The notes: a model not told the origin generated them from the letters alone. A stretch of 32,000 nucleotides of DNA from Acaryochloris marina S15 (GCF_018336915.1 NZ_CP064923.1:2820001-2852000); one strand, 5' to 3'; positions 1-9,182 are shown, counted from the stretch's first letter. Numbers and translations: made by a program.

Positions 1-219
1 TATCTCCATCGAATGGGGATATACCCCAAGTTCAGGAAAAGGCCTGGATGTAGATTGGTAGCGTAATCACCCTAGCCGTTGCCCCTCCTAGAGAGTCTTT
101 TACTTTTTTGCAGGAGATAACAAAATCTTGCGGTTCCCAGAATATTATCTGGTTGATACAGAAATATAAAAATTTACTGTGTCTGATGCTACGGTTTTGA
201 TGCCATTTTTTCGGTTTGA

Positions 220-669
220 CTAGCTCAGAAAGGCATCAAAAAGGTTGAGAGTTCGCAGGCGAAGGGTAGCGGCTAGGGCATCATACTGAATTTTGATTCG
301 TAGCATGGAACGAACCCGTGCTCGCAGCTCTAGGCTATTGATGGGTTTAGAGATAAAATCGTCTGCTCCAGCTTCTAATGAACGGGCCAAATCTGCCTTG
401 GAGGTGAGGGCCGTAACAATGATGATGGGAATATGCTTCCAGTTGGGGTTGGCTTTGATCTGGCGACAGGCGTCGATGCCATCCATTTGAGGCATCATGA
501 CGTCGAGTAGAATAACGTCGGGCTGCAGGGAATCAATCTGCTGAATGGCCGCTGGGCCGCTGGGAGCATAGGTCAGTCGGTATCCTTCCCGGATGAGTAA
601 CCCCTCGATCACGTCAAAGATCCGTTCTTCATCATCAATCACGAGGATGGAATGTTGTTTGCTATCCAT
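220..669 (-). CDS. single-domain response regulator (CheY-like receiver)
   Basis: 149-aa ORF with receiver motifs in the translation: acidic pocket ILVIDDEE, phospho-acceptor Asp in VILLDVMMPQMDG, conserved T in IIVTAL and K in FISKP. No output domain. Starts 19 nt after the stop of the upstream hybrid kinase on the same strand. Confidence 0.9.
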   Translation of the reverse strand: MDSKQHSILVIDDEERIFDVIEGLLIREGYRLTYAPSGPAAIQQIDSLQPDVILLDVMMPQMDGIDACRQIKANPNWKHIPIIIVTALTSKADLARSLEAGADDFISKPINSLELRARVRSMLRIKIQYDALAATLRLRTLNLFDAFLS

Positions 670-688
670 GGGGATTTGTTTAGCGATG

Positions 689-2356
689 CTAGATTTGCAG
701 ATGTTTGGTGATCATTTTGGTTAATTGTTCCATCTTCAGGGGTTTAGAGAGAGAGTCACTAAAACCGGCGGCGAGGAACCGTTCCTTATCCTCGGGCATG
801 AGTAATGAAGTCAGGGCAATGATTGGGGTGTAGGGTAGATGACTGCGAATCTGACGGGTTGCTTCTAAGCCATCGACTTGGGGTAAACGAATATCCATAA
901 AGATCAGATCTGGGGTTTGGCGGGTGGCGAGGTCGATGGCCGATTGACCATTGGTTGCGATCGCAACTCGGTATCCCTGTTCTTCAAGGTAATCCGTCAG
1001 CAGTAGGACAATGGATTCTCGATCTTCCGCTAGCAAAATCAACGGGGCAGCGATAGTCCTGGGGCGAGAAGGGGGAACAGATGTTGGTTCTTCTCCATCA
1101 ACAGGAGAGCAAGAGAAGGGTAAGGTGATAGTAAAGGTACTGCCTGCACCAACTTCGCTATAGACCTGAACCATACCGCCGTGGAGTTTGACTAATCTCT
1201 GCACTAGGGTTAAGCCTAAACCTGTCCCTCCATAGAGTCGTGTCCTAGAACTATCGAGCTGTACGAAGGGTTCAAATACTTGAGAGAGTTCTGCGGTAGC
1301 AATACCAATTCCCGTATCTGTCACACTCACTTGAATCGTTTCCGCATCCTGCATCTGCGCCCTTACGGATACTTCCCCCCCCTGGGGTGTGAATTTAATG
1401 GCATTGCGGATCAAGTTCAGGAAGACTTGCTGCAACCGCAGTTCATCTCCTTTCACTTCCGCTAAATCTGCTGGGATAGAGTGGCTCAGATTGATCTGTT
1501 GATCTTGGGCTTGATGTTGGACCATCGCTAGACAGCTTTCGATCAGGACGCCAATGGGAACCCGACTGCACTGTAGCTCCAGATTGCCCGATTCAATTTT
1601 GGAGAGGTCAATTAAGTCGTTGAGCTGGGCTAACAGATTTTCACCACTCTCTTCAATGGTACGGACAGACTTCATCTGTTTGGGGTTGAGAGCACCATAG
1701 ACCTCCTCCCGCAGTACCTCTGCTAGTCCGATAATTGCTGTCAATGGGGTGCGCAGTTCATGGCTCATGGTGGCCAGAAACTCATCCTTCATCTGGGCGG
1801 CCCGTTCTAGATCTTCGTTAGCGAGCCCTAACTTTTCACTTAACTGCTGATACTGGACATTGACTAACTGCTGGCGTTGATAGAGCTGGTAATTGTCGAT
1901 TGCGATCGCAGCTCGTTCTGCTAATACTTCAGCGAGCTGCACATCTTCATCTGTACAGCGATGGGGCTGTCGATAAAAAGAACAGACTGTGCCTAAGACT
2001 GTGCCCATTGGGGTTTTGAGGGGAATACCTAAATAGGCTGCATATCCCTCAGGCATGTGACCCATCGGCTCTAGGGCTACGTCTTCTACCATCAGCGTGG
2101 TTCCCCGTTCCAAGATGCAATTGGTGATGGATCCATGTAAGTTCCAAACGGTTTCAGCGTCATCCATCTCTACGCTACTGGCGAGGATGCGATACTGTTT
2201 GTCTTGGCAGAGGGTGACGATGGACCAGTCCGTGTCAATGAGTTGGCTGATGCCCGAGACAACGGTGGTGAGATAGTCATTTAGATCGCTCTGGCGATAA
2301 CTCAGAGAAGTGAGAACTTCCAGAAGATGGAGCATGCGGCTGGATTCTTGCGTCAT
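689..2356 (-). CDS. soluble hybrid sensor histidine kinase (GAF - HisKA - HATPase_c - receiver)
   Basis: 555-aa ORF. N-terminal GAF-like region, then the H-box MSHELRTPLTAIIG. N box NLIRNAIKFT, G1 DTGIGI and G2 GGTGLGLTL follow. C-terminal receiver runs LILLAEDRE ... LIFMDIRLPQVDG ... LSKP. I saw no hydrophobic membrane segment. Its ATG (2356-2354) overlaps the TGA (2355-2353) of the upstream STAND gene as ATGA. Confidence 0.9.
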   Translation of the reverse strand: MTQESSRMLHLLEVLTSLSYRQSDLNDYLTTVVSGISQLIDTDWSIVTLCQDKQYRILASSVEMDDAETVWNLHGSITNCILERGTTLMVEDVALEPMGHMPEGYAAYLGIPLKTPMGTVLGTVCSFYRQPHRCTDEDVQLAEVLAERAAIAIDNYQLYQRQQLVNVQYQQLSEKLGLANEDLERAAQMKDEFLATMSHELRTPLTAIIGLAEVLREEVYGALNPKQMKSVRTIEESGENLLAQLNDLIDLSKIESGNLELQCSRVPIGVLIESCLAMVQHQAQDQQINLSHSIPADLAEVKGDELRLQQVFLNLIRNAIKFTPQGGEVSVRAQMQDAETIQVSVTDTGIGIATAELSQVFEPFVQLDSSRTRLYGGTGLGLTLVQRLVKLHGGMVQVYSEVGAGSTFTITLPFSCSPVDGEEPTSVPPSRPRTIAAPLILLAEDRESIVLLLTDYLEEQGYRVAIATNGQSAIDLATRQTPDLIFMDIRLPQVDGLEATRQIRSHLPYTPIIALTSLLMPEDKERFLAAGFSDSLSKPLKMEQLTKMITKHLQI

Positions 2357-5300
2357 GACTCAATAGCTCCCAAGGTTTGCAGCATCTGGCGGCGCGATGG
2401 TGTGAGTCCGCAAGCCCCTGTAATATCCATACCTTCGTAGGGACGCTCTAACGGCATTTGGCCGAGCTGCTGACCGGATTCCACAGCCCACAGGCACAAG
2501 GCACCATCCTGTCCTCCGCTGATTAAGCGCTGACCATTAGGGCTGAAGGCCACGGACCAGACAGAGTGAGTATGCCCCGTTAGAACCTTAAGACATTTCC
2601 CAGTCTGGATATCCCATAATCGAACGGTGTTATCAGCACTACCACTGGCGATATATTGTCCATCTGGACTGATCTGCACGGTTAATACGAGGCTGTCATG
2701 GCCTTTGAGAGTTTGGCACTCTTCTCCCGTAGAGAGATCCCAGAGTCGAATGGTTTGATCTTCACTGGCAGAGGCGAGAGTATCTGCATGGGCGCTGACG
2801 GACCACACTGCGCCCATATGTCCAGTCAAAGTGTGGTGACAGTCGCCTGTGCGAACGTCCCATAGTTTGATGGTTTGATCGGCACTGCCGCTGATTAAGG
2901 TATGGCCAGAGAAGGCCACAGATAACACCCAACTGTCGTGACCGGTGAAGGTTCTGAGGCTATGGTGATTGACTCCATCCCAGAAGCGAATTTGGTGGTC
3001 GGCACCACCGCTAGCGAGAATTTGGCCATCGGGGCTAAAGGCAACTGTCCATACTTTGCCCTCGTGACGAGTGGTCATCGTAAACTGCCGCCCGGTTGTA
3101 GGTTCCCACAGCTGGACTGAGCCATCTTCACTGCCGCTAGCGAGAATTTGGCCATCGGGGCTAAAGGTGATGCGGCGGGCAGAGGGTTGCAGATGGCGCT
3201 GCCTACAGTGCTGGTGGTCCACATCCCACAGCCTGATCACGTGATCGGTGCTGCCGCTGGCAAGGGTTTGACCATCAGGACTAAAGGCTACAGACCAGAC
3301 CGCATTCGTATACCCCTCCAGAGTGCAAATGCGATGTACAAGGCTCTTGTCGTTGGGTTGAGCTGCAAACTCCCAGACCCCCAACTTTTGCTTATCACAG
3401 GCTAAAAACTGCTGACCATTGGAGCTAAAGGCTACAGACCAGATTTGACTGTCGTATCCGGTCTGAGACTGAATCAGTGCTCCGGTAGAGACCTGCCAAA
3501 ACTTGAGATGTTGGCGATCGCCTGCCCCCAAAATTTGCCCATCGATACTAAAGGCTACCGACCAAATCGACGTTAAATTCTCAATGACGTGAAGGCAGTC
3601 TCGGGTATCTACCTGCCAGAGACGAATGGTTTGGGCATCACTGCTAGCTAAAAATTGACCATCCTGACTAAAGGCAATGCAGGTAATCGGAAGGGTATGT
3701 CCCAGCAGGGTTGTCAGTAATCCCATTGAAGGATGCCAGAGTCGAAGGGTCTGATCGGCACTGCCACTGGCAATCAGGTTGCCGTCAGGATGATAGGCAA
3801 GGGTGGTAACGCCATCGGTATGTCCGGTAAGAGTATGAATACAGTCGCCAGTTGTTACATCCCAGAGGCGCAGGGTGCAGTCGTTGCTGCCACTCGCGAG
3901 AATTTGGCCATCGGGGCTAAAGGCGATAGACCAAATCCGATCCTGATGTCCGGAGAGGATATGTTGCCCTTCCCCCTGTTCTAGATTCCACAGCAGAATA
4001 GTCTGATCAAAACTGCCGCTAGCGAGGGTCTGACCATCGGGGCTAAAGGCAACGGTCCAGACGGCTTGGGAATGAGCCTGGTAGGCAAATAATAGCTTGC
4101 CGTCCTTGACTTGCCAGACTCGGGGAATACCATCGGCATGGGCTGTTGCCACCCATTGACCGTTGGGGCTAAGGGTGGCGTCGTAGATATCACCAAAGGT
4201 CTGGGTGAACACACTTTTTGTAACGTCTGCTGCCCTAAGGTTCACCTGATGGAGATTGCTGCCCTGAAGATAGGCTTGCCAAACGGTCAAGCCAGAAAAG
4301 TCATAGCCTGTCACATCGATATTTAAGTACACCAGCAAATTAAGAAGATTGCCAGCACCATAACTAGGCTGGGACGAGAGGTGCGACAGCATCTGTTTGA
4401 GATGGACTTCGAGCCGACCAGGGCTGCCCAGACTCGCTAATAATCGGTCGGCGATGGGGGCCAGAATTAAGCGAATTTGACCATCCCGGAGATAGTCTGG
4501 GCTGTCTGCTTTGATCAGGGCATGGGAATAAAATAGAGAAGTCTCTGGTAGGGGCAGGTTGAGAAGCTCTGCACTGACGGTATCAATAAAGCGATCGCAA
4601 ACATACTCCATAATCACGGGCTGTAGGGTCAGCTGAAATACAGTGCTGTCCCGTTCCAGCAGAGAGCGTCTGTCAATGGACTCGATGGCTTCCAGAAGAT
4701 GGGTTGAGGGGGTGAGGATGTCGGACTGCAAGGTTTTTAGAGAGATGGGGGCGCGTGCGATCGCAAGCCAATACAGCACCTGCTGTTCTAGGGATGACAG
4801 CCGCGCAAACTGTTGATCTAGCAGTAAGCGGATTTCACTAAAAGCAATTCGCTCTTGGTCTAGAAACCCTTGGATATCCCCCGCAAAGAGATCCTGGATG
4901 GCAGTCGCGACAATTTTTAAGGCCAGGGGATTACCCTGATAGGTTTCAATCAGCTGACTAGTGGCTGAGGTGAGATGGGTAAAGCCTTTTTGCTGGAGAA
5001 TTTCCTGACCTGATGATGCATCTAAGCCCTGTAAATGGTAAGAACGAACGGGCAAGGCTTCTCCTTCGAAGGCTGCAATTCCTTGGGGTTTTTCACGACT
5101 GGTCAGGATCAAGCAGCTCTGATGGTCGGTGCTAGCAATTTGGTGTAGTAGCTCCCTATACCCCTTCCGGCTAGATTGATATCGTCCAGCAGGACGACCT
5201 CGCTCTAGGATGGACTCCACATTATCGAGAACTAAAAGACATCGAGATTGGCGCAGGTAGTCTGTCAGTTGAGAAATTTGGCCATTGAGGTGCTGTGGCA

Positions 5301-5883
5301 GTTCGGCCTCCCTTTGTCCTGAAAAGACTTGCAGGTAGTCCAGTAACAACACCTCAATGGGGGGAGCGTTCCGCAGAGACCGCCAGATCAGGGTGGTAAA
5401 TTGATTTTGAACTTGCTGGGCGAGTCTGATGGAGAGGGCCGTCTTTCCCATGCCGCCCATTCCCAGCAGGGTCACTAATCGGCAGCGATCTGCAACTATC
5501 CAGTGGCTGACGGTCTTTAACGCCTGATGACGACCATAAAATGGGGTGGCGTCTGGTGCCCCACCCCAATCTTGTTGTGTGGGTGCGGCCTGTAGGGGCG
5601 AGGGTTGCTCACAATCGACCTGAGCCAGGTCTAGGTTCAAGGCATGAAAAAGAACTTGAAGGGTTGTCAAGTCTACGGTTTCCTGGCGCAGAATTTTGCG
5701 GACGGTGGTGGGGTGGAGTCCCTTAGGATCAATAATTTGGATCTGCTGGGTAATGCGGGCGGCATTATGTTTCACACCCGTTTGGGCTTCTAGAGCGAGT
5801 AACCGTTGCTGTAGTTTCTTCATCCCGAGGGGCGTCAGCGAGAATCCGCGCTGACGCTGGGGTGCAGAAGATTGATGATCCAT
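2353..5883 (-). CDS. STAND NTPase: XRE-like HTH + NB-ARC (AP-ATPase) + 14 WD40 repeats
   Basis: 1,176-aa ORF. An HTH-like segment sits at aa ~12-90 (LHPTTVRKILRQETVDLTTLQVLFHALNLDL). Walker A is GMGGMGKTAL (nt 5440-5463) and Walker B is CLLVLDNVES. GNPLAL matches the GLPL motif of NB-ARC/Apaf-1-type ATPases. A helical linker with a pentapeptide-like stretch (GYDFSGLTVWQAYLQGSNLHQVNLRAADV) follows. I then counted 14 repeats of the form AFSPDGQxLASGSxDxTxRLWD (nt ~2434-4191), enough for two 7-bladed propellers. Confidence 0.9.
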   Translation of the reverse strand: MDHQSSAPQRQRGFSLTPLGMKKLQQRLLALEAQTGVKHNAARITQQIQIIDPKGLHPTTVRKILRQETVDLTTLQVLFHALNLDLAQVDCEQPSPLQAAPTQQDWGGAPDATPFYGRHQALKTVSHWIVADRCRLVTLLGMGGMGKTALSIRLAQQVQNQFTTLIWRSLRNAPPIEVLLLDYLQVFSGQREAELPQHLNGQISQLTDYLRQSRCLLVLDNVESILERGRPAGRYQSSRKGYRELLHQIASTDHQSCLILTSREKPQGIAAFEGEALPVRSYHLQGLDASSGQEILQQKGFTHLTSATSQLIETYQGNPLALKIVATAIQDLFAGDIQGFLDQERIAFSEIRLLLDQQFARLSSLEQQVLYWLAIARAPISLKTLQSDILTPSTHLLEAIESIDRRSLLERDSTVFQLTLQPVIMEYVCDRFIDTVSAELLNLPLPETSLFYSHALIKADSPDYLRDGQIRLILAPIADRLLASLGSPGRLEVHLKQMLSHLSSQPSYGAGNLLNLLVYLNIDVTGYDFSGLTVWQAYLQGSNLHQVNLRAADVTKSVFTQTFGDIYDATLSPNGQWVATAHADGIPRVWQVKDGKLLFAYQAHSQAVWTVAFSPDGQTLASGSFDQTILLWNLEQGEGQHILSGHQDRIWSIAFSPDGQILASGSNDCTLRLWDVTTGDCIHTLTGHTDGVTTLAYHPDGNLIASGSADQTLRLWHPSMGLLTTLLGHTLPITCIAFSQDGQFLASSDAQTIRLWQVDTRDCLHVIENLTSIWSVAFSIDGQILGAGDRQHLKFWQVSTGALIQSQTGYDSQIWSVAFSSNGQQFLACDKQKLGVWEFAAQPNDKSLVHRICTLEGYTNAVWSVAFSPDGQTLASGSTDHVIRLWDVDHQHCRQRHLQPSARRITFSPDGQILASGSEDGSVQLWEPTTGRQFTMTTRHEGKVWTVAFSPDGQILASGGADHQIRFWDGVNHHSLRTFTGHDSWVLSVAFSGHTLISGSADQTIKLWDVRTGDCHHTLTGHMGAVWSVSAHADTLASASEDQTIRLWDLSTGEECQTLKGHDSLVLTVQISPDGQYIASGSADNTVRLWDIQTGKCLKVLTGHTHSVWSVAFSPNGQRLISGGQDGALCLWAVESGQQLGQMPLERPYEGMDITGACGLTPSRRQMLQTLGAIES

Positions 5884-6248
5884 ACTGACTAGGGTACTGC
5901 TCTGGGGGCGTTACAGATACTGCTGGTGGAAAACAGTTTCTAGATTATCCATTGCTATGGGTGGGGACACAGAGTAGTTAGTTAAGTCCTTGTAAAAAAT
6001 GTTTTAGGGCTTTATGGCTGTTTGATTCATCACAAAAGGCAATACAAGGTTGTAGATTTTCTAGAATTCACGGCAGTGATGGGCAAATGAATATGGATGA
6101 TGCTCGAAATAAACTCATGTCTACCCTGAAAATAAGCTACGCCAATGCAATAGAGCAATCGAGGGTTATTCTATCCGTATTCGATCGCGTGTTAAAGTGC
6201 GAACCGGGGATGGGTGCTCCCTTAGGTGTTATCTAAAAGAACGCTGCT

Positions 6249-7490
6249 ATGTTGGATTTTGATGCGCTGGTCATTGGGGCAGGCCCCGCTGGGATGATTA
6301 TTGCGGCGGCTTTGGCCGAGCAAGGCATCAAGGTTGGCGGCCTAACTGCTAGTCCGCTGCGGCAAGTCTGGCCGAATACCTACGGTATCTGGCGCGATGA
6401 ACTCGAAGCTCTGGGATTGACGGAATTATTAGGGCATTGTTGGGAAAACTGTGTCTCCTATTTTGGTAAAGGGGAAGTCAACCACGGTCGCGCCTACGGT
6501 TTATTCGATAAAGTCAAGCTGCAAAACCATCTGCTGGCCCAATGCGAAACCGGGGGCGTGGAATGGCAGCAAGGTAAGGCCATAAATATCGAGCACGATC
6601 ACAAACGCTCGATCGTCACGACTGCGGCAGGTGAAACCATACATGCCAGGGTGGTGATTGATGCCAGCGGCCACAATCCGATGTTTATCAAGCGGCAACA
6701 GCAGGAGGCAGTAGCATTTCAAACGGCCTATGGTATCGTCGGTCATTTTTCCGCACCCCCCGTCAATCCACAACAATTCGTGCTTCAGGATTTTCGCAGC
6801 GAGCATTTATCGGCCACTGAACGCGCCACCGAGCCGCCGACCTTTCTCTATGGGATGGATTTTGGTAATGATGTCTATTTTGTGGAAGAGACATCCCTGG
6901 CGATGGCACCTGCCGTCAGCTTTGAACTACTAGAGCGACGCTTGCACCAACGATTAGCCGCCCGCGGAGTTCAGGTGACTGCGATCCATGAGGTGGAACG
7001 CTGCATCTTTCCGATGACACTTCCCCTGCCGGATCTCCATCAACCCGTGGTGGCCTTTGGTGGTGCTGCGAGCATGGTACATCCCGCTTCGGGGTATATG
7101 GTCGGGGCGCTGCTGCGCCGTGGGCCTAGTTTGGCTGCAGCTATTGCCACTAAACTCCAGGATACTCAAGCTGGACCAACCGTGATCGCTCAGGCGGCAT
7201 GGCAGGAGCTATGGAATCGAGATCGCCTGCGCAAGTACTATCTCTATCGGTTTGGCTTAGAAAAGTTAATGCGGTTTGATGAGGTGCTGTTAAAACAGCA
7301 TTTCGATACTTTCTTTAGTCTGCCCCGAGGTCAATGGTCGGGATTTCTGGCCGATACGCTATCGACACCAGCATTGGTAGCAGTGATGGTGCGCTTATTT
7401 GCCATTGCACCCAATTCCCTGCGCTGGGGTTTGCTTCAATTTCCCGGTAGGGAAAGCAATCTCCTCTGGCAATCTATCACCTCCAAATAG
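6249..7490 (+). CDS. crtL: lycopene cyclase, CrtL type (beta versus epsilon specificity not decidable here)
   Basis: 413-aa ORF. N-terminal FAD/NAD dinucleotide fold DALVIGAGPAGMIIAAALAEQG. Contains PTFLYGMDFGNDVYFVEETSLA, which resembles the conserved FLYxMPF...FxEETSL block of CrtL/CrtY-family cyclases. Length is typical of the family. Confidence 0.8.
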   Translation: MLDFDALVIGAGPAGMIIAAALAEQGIKVGGLTASPLRQVWPNTYGIWRDELEALGLTELLGHCWENCVSYFGKGEVNHGRAYGLFDKVKLQNHLLAQCETGGVEWQQGKAINIEHDHKRSIVTTAAGETIHARVVIDASGHNPMFIKRQQQEAVAFQTAYGIVGHFSAPPVNPQQFVLQDFRSEHLSATERATEPPTFLYGMDFGNDVYFVEETSLAMAPAVSFELLERRLHQRLAARGVQVTAIHEVERCIFPMTLPLPDLHQPVVAFGGAASMVHPASGYMVGALLRRGPSLAAAIATKLQDTQAGPTVIAQAAWQELWNRDRLRKYYLYRFGLEKLMRFDEVLLKQHFDTFFSLPRGQWSGFLADTLSTPALVAVMVRLFAIAPNSLRWGLLQFPGRESNLLWQSITSK

Positions 7491-7870
7491 CAAAATTGCC
7501 ACTAGCGGTTACTTCCACATTAGTAAGATAAGTTGCTAGTGCTTCACCCCAATGATCCTAGACGTCTGATGAAGATAAAATCTTTGATCCTTAGGTACTT
7601 CTCTGTCAGTTAACTCTTCGTAATCACTGTGGTGAAGTACTAGACTTAAAAGGATTATTTTTTGATGAATTATATTTCAGAAAGAATTGGCATCACTTTT
7701 GAGAAAATTTTTATGCCAATTTCTTGCAACATATTTAACTAATTAAAAGCTGTTTTATGGTGTTTTAGTTCTTCCTGGAACATTGCTTTTAGTTCTCATT
7801 TTTAAACATGGTTAACTAATTTATTCCTCAGCTGCTACTTATCTTTTGAAAATAGTCTGGGTCTTGAACC

Positions 7871-7886
7871 TGACTCAATTGAGTCA
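7871..7886. promoter_or_regulatory. perfect 16-bp palindrome TGACTCAATTGAGTCA, candidate operator or 5'-UTR hairpin
   Basis: The sequence is self-complementary over all 16 nt. It lies 4 nt upstream of a GGAG (7891-7894) and 16 nt upstream of the ATG at 7903 of the RTX-like gene, at the end of a ~400-bp AT-rich intergenic region. Confidence 0.3.
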
Positions 7887-7902
7887 CTATGGAGATCTAA
7901 AA

Positions 7903-9144
7903 ATGTCCTTATTATTACCTGGTAGTACCGACCCTTTATTTATTAGTGAATTTGAAGGGGCTGAGTTTTTTGGTAGTCCACAAGATGGCGGTGGAGCTTT
8001 TGCTGTTGGGCAGGAAGATACTACCAATCTTTTTGTGTTTGATGACACTAATGATGTTGCTGTAGGTGGTGATGAAGTTGATATTTTTATGGCCAATGGC
8101 GGCGACGACAACATCATGGGAGCTGAAGGGACTGATTTCTTGTTTGGAGGATTTGGCGATGATATTGTCCGGGGCGGAGAAGGAGATGATGTGGTTGTTG
8201 GTAATGAAGGCTCAGATATCTTAATCAGCGGCAGTGGAAGCGATATCTATGAGTATTTTGCAGATCAGATCCTGCCTGGTGATCTAGATATCATCTTGGA
8301 TTTTGAGTCGGGCGAAGACGCTGTGGTGATTGTTGGTAGTACAGATATTAACTACGATAACTCGACTGGTTTTCTAACAGTGGATGGAACGACAGCAGCT
8401 GTTCTAGATGCAGGGTTAGAACTAGAGGTGTTGACGCGGGCTAATTCTTCCGTCGTCTTTGATGCGGGTGCAGATGTTTCTGGCTTTGGTGCCGCTACAG
8501 TTCCCGAAGAGACAGACGAGCAGCTAAGGGCAGACGCATTGGATAGTGAAGGGGAATATGAGGTGCTATCCATTGTGGATGCATCGCCTAGTCTGGCACC
8601 TGGGAGCACCGTTCCCCTATTTATCAGTAATTTTGAAGGGGCACAATTCTTTGATGCCCCTCAAGATGGGGGTGGCGTTTTTGCGGTGGGTCAAGAGGAC
8701 ACTACTAATATTTTCGTGTTTGGAGATAGTAACGATGTTGCTGCGGGTGGCGATGAAGTCGATATCTTTATGGCCAATGGTGGCGATGACAACATCATGG
8801 GAGCTGAAGGAACTGATTTCTTGTTTGGGGGCATCGGTGACGATATTGTCCGGGGCGGTGAGGGTGATGATGTGGTTGTTGGTAACGAAGGGTCTGATGT
8901 GTTGATTGGAGGGGCAGGGGCTGATATTTTTGAGTTTTTTGCTGACCAATTTGGCATCGGTGATCTCGATGTGGTGCTTGATTTTGAATCGGGTAGCGAT
9001 GCCCTGGTCATTGTCGGTAGTATAGATGCCAGCTACGATAGCGCAACCGGTTTTGTGGCTGTGGATGGCACTGAAGTCGCCACATTGGATGCTGGTCTAA
9101 ACCTGGATGTGCTGGTTCGAGGTAACTCTGCTGTCATTTCTTAA
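7903..9144 (+). CDS. acidic calcium-binding RTX (hemolysin-type nonapeptide) repeat protein, internally duplicated
   Basis: The track ORF starts at a TTG (7846). The in-frame ATG at 7903 is preceded by GGAG and is the more likely start. Each half carries six consecutive GxxGxDxUx nonapeptides: ANGGDDNIM GAEGTDFLF GGFGDDIVR GGEGDDVVV GNEGSDILI SGSGSDIYE. The protein is very D/E/G-rich, has no Cys and no N-terminal signal peptide. That profile fits a type I secretion substrate. Confidence 0.8.
   Translation: MSLLLPGSTDPLFISEFEGAEFFGSPQDGGGAFAVGQEDTTNLFVFDDTNDVAVGGDEVDIFMANGGDDNIMGAEGTDFLFGGFGDDIVRGGEGDDVVVGNEGSDILISGSGSDIYEYFADQILPGDLDIILDFESGEDAVVIVGSTDINYDNSTGFLTVDGTTAAVLDAGLELEVLTRANSSVVFDAGADVSGFGAATVPEETDEQLRADALDSEGEYEVLSIVDASPSLAPGSTVPLFISNFEGAQFFDAPQDGGGVFAVGQEDTTNIFVFGDSNDVAAGGDEVDIFMANGGDDNIMGAEGTDFLFGGIGDDIVRGGEGDDVVVGNEGSDVLIGGAGADIFEFFADQFGIGDLDVVLDFESGSDALVIVGSIDASYDSATGFVAVDGTEVATLDAGLNLDVLVRGNSAVIS
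7915..9141 (+). repeat. tandem intragenic duplication, period 681 bp (227 codons)
   Basis: Copy 1 core is 7915-8460 and copy 2 is 8596-9141, an exact in-frame offset of 681 nt. A ~135-nt acidic linker (8461-8595) is present only between the copies. My hand alignment of 8071-8220 against 8752-8901 gave about 19 mismatches in 150 nt. Confidence 0.9.
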
Positions 9145-9182
9145 GGTATCTATCTGGCCATCTTAGATTCCTGAGAAAACCT

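Noticed and set aside
1-219. Small hairpin at the window edge (TATCTCC 1-7 / GGGGATA 15-21) and weak CTCCT...AGGAG pairing near 95-126, considered as terminators of the minus-strand operon
   Set aside because: The stems are only 5-7 bp and lack an adjacent U-run on the minus strand. The region is truncated by the window edge, so no call could be supported.
293-490. 65-aa + strand ORF inside the CheY-like gene, and similar antisense ORFs in gnd, zwf, fbp, VOC and GMC (for example 22749-23331, 25550-26042, 27224-27634, 28099-28891)
   Set aside because: Each is fully embedded antisense or out of frame in a gene with strong family motifs, and none shows motifs of its own.
2938-4326. Several 60-85 aa + strand ORFs (2938-3120, 3148-3405, 3733-3984, 4111-4326) and minus-strand out-of-frame ORFs inside the WD40 gene
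   Set aside because: They lie antisense or out of frame within a 1,176-aa ORF with unmistakable WD40 periodicity. Their repetitive LAIGAKG peptides are the mirror image of SPDGQxLAS codons, so they are artefacts of the repeat.
7887-9011. Antisense and out-of-frame ORFs within the RTX-like gene (7887-8117, 8352-8609, 8546-8905, 8617-8949, 8691-9011)
   Set aside because: They are duplicated in step with the 681-bp repeat and give Ser/Pro/Thr low-complexity products. The sense frame has a clean nonapeptide calcium-binding periodicity.
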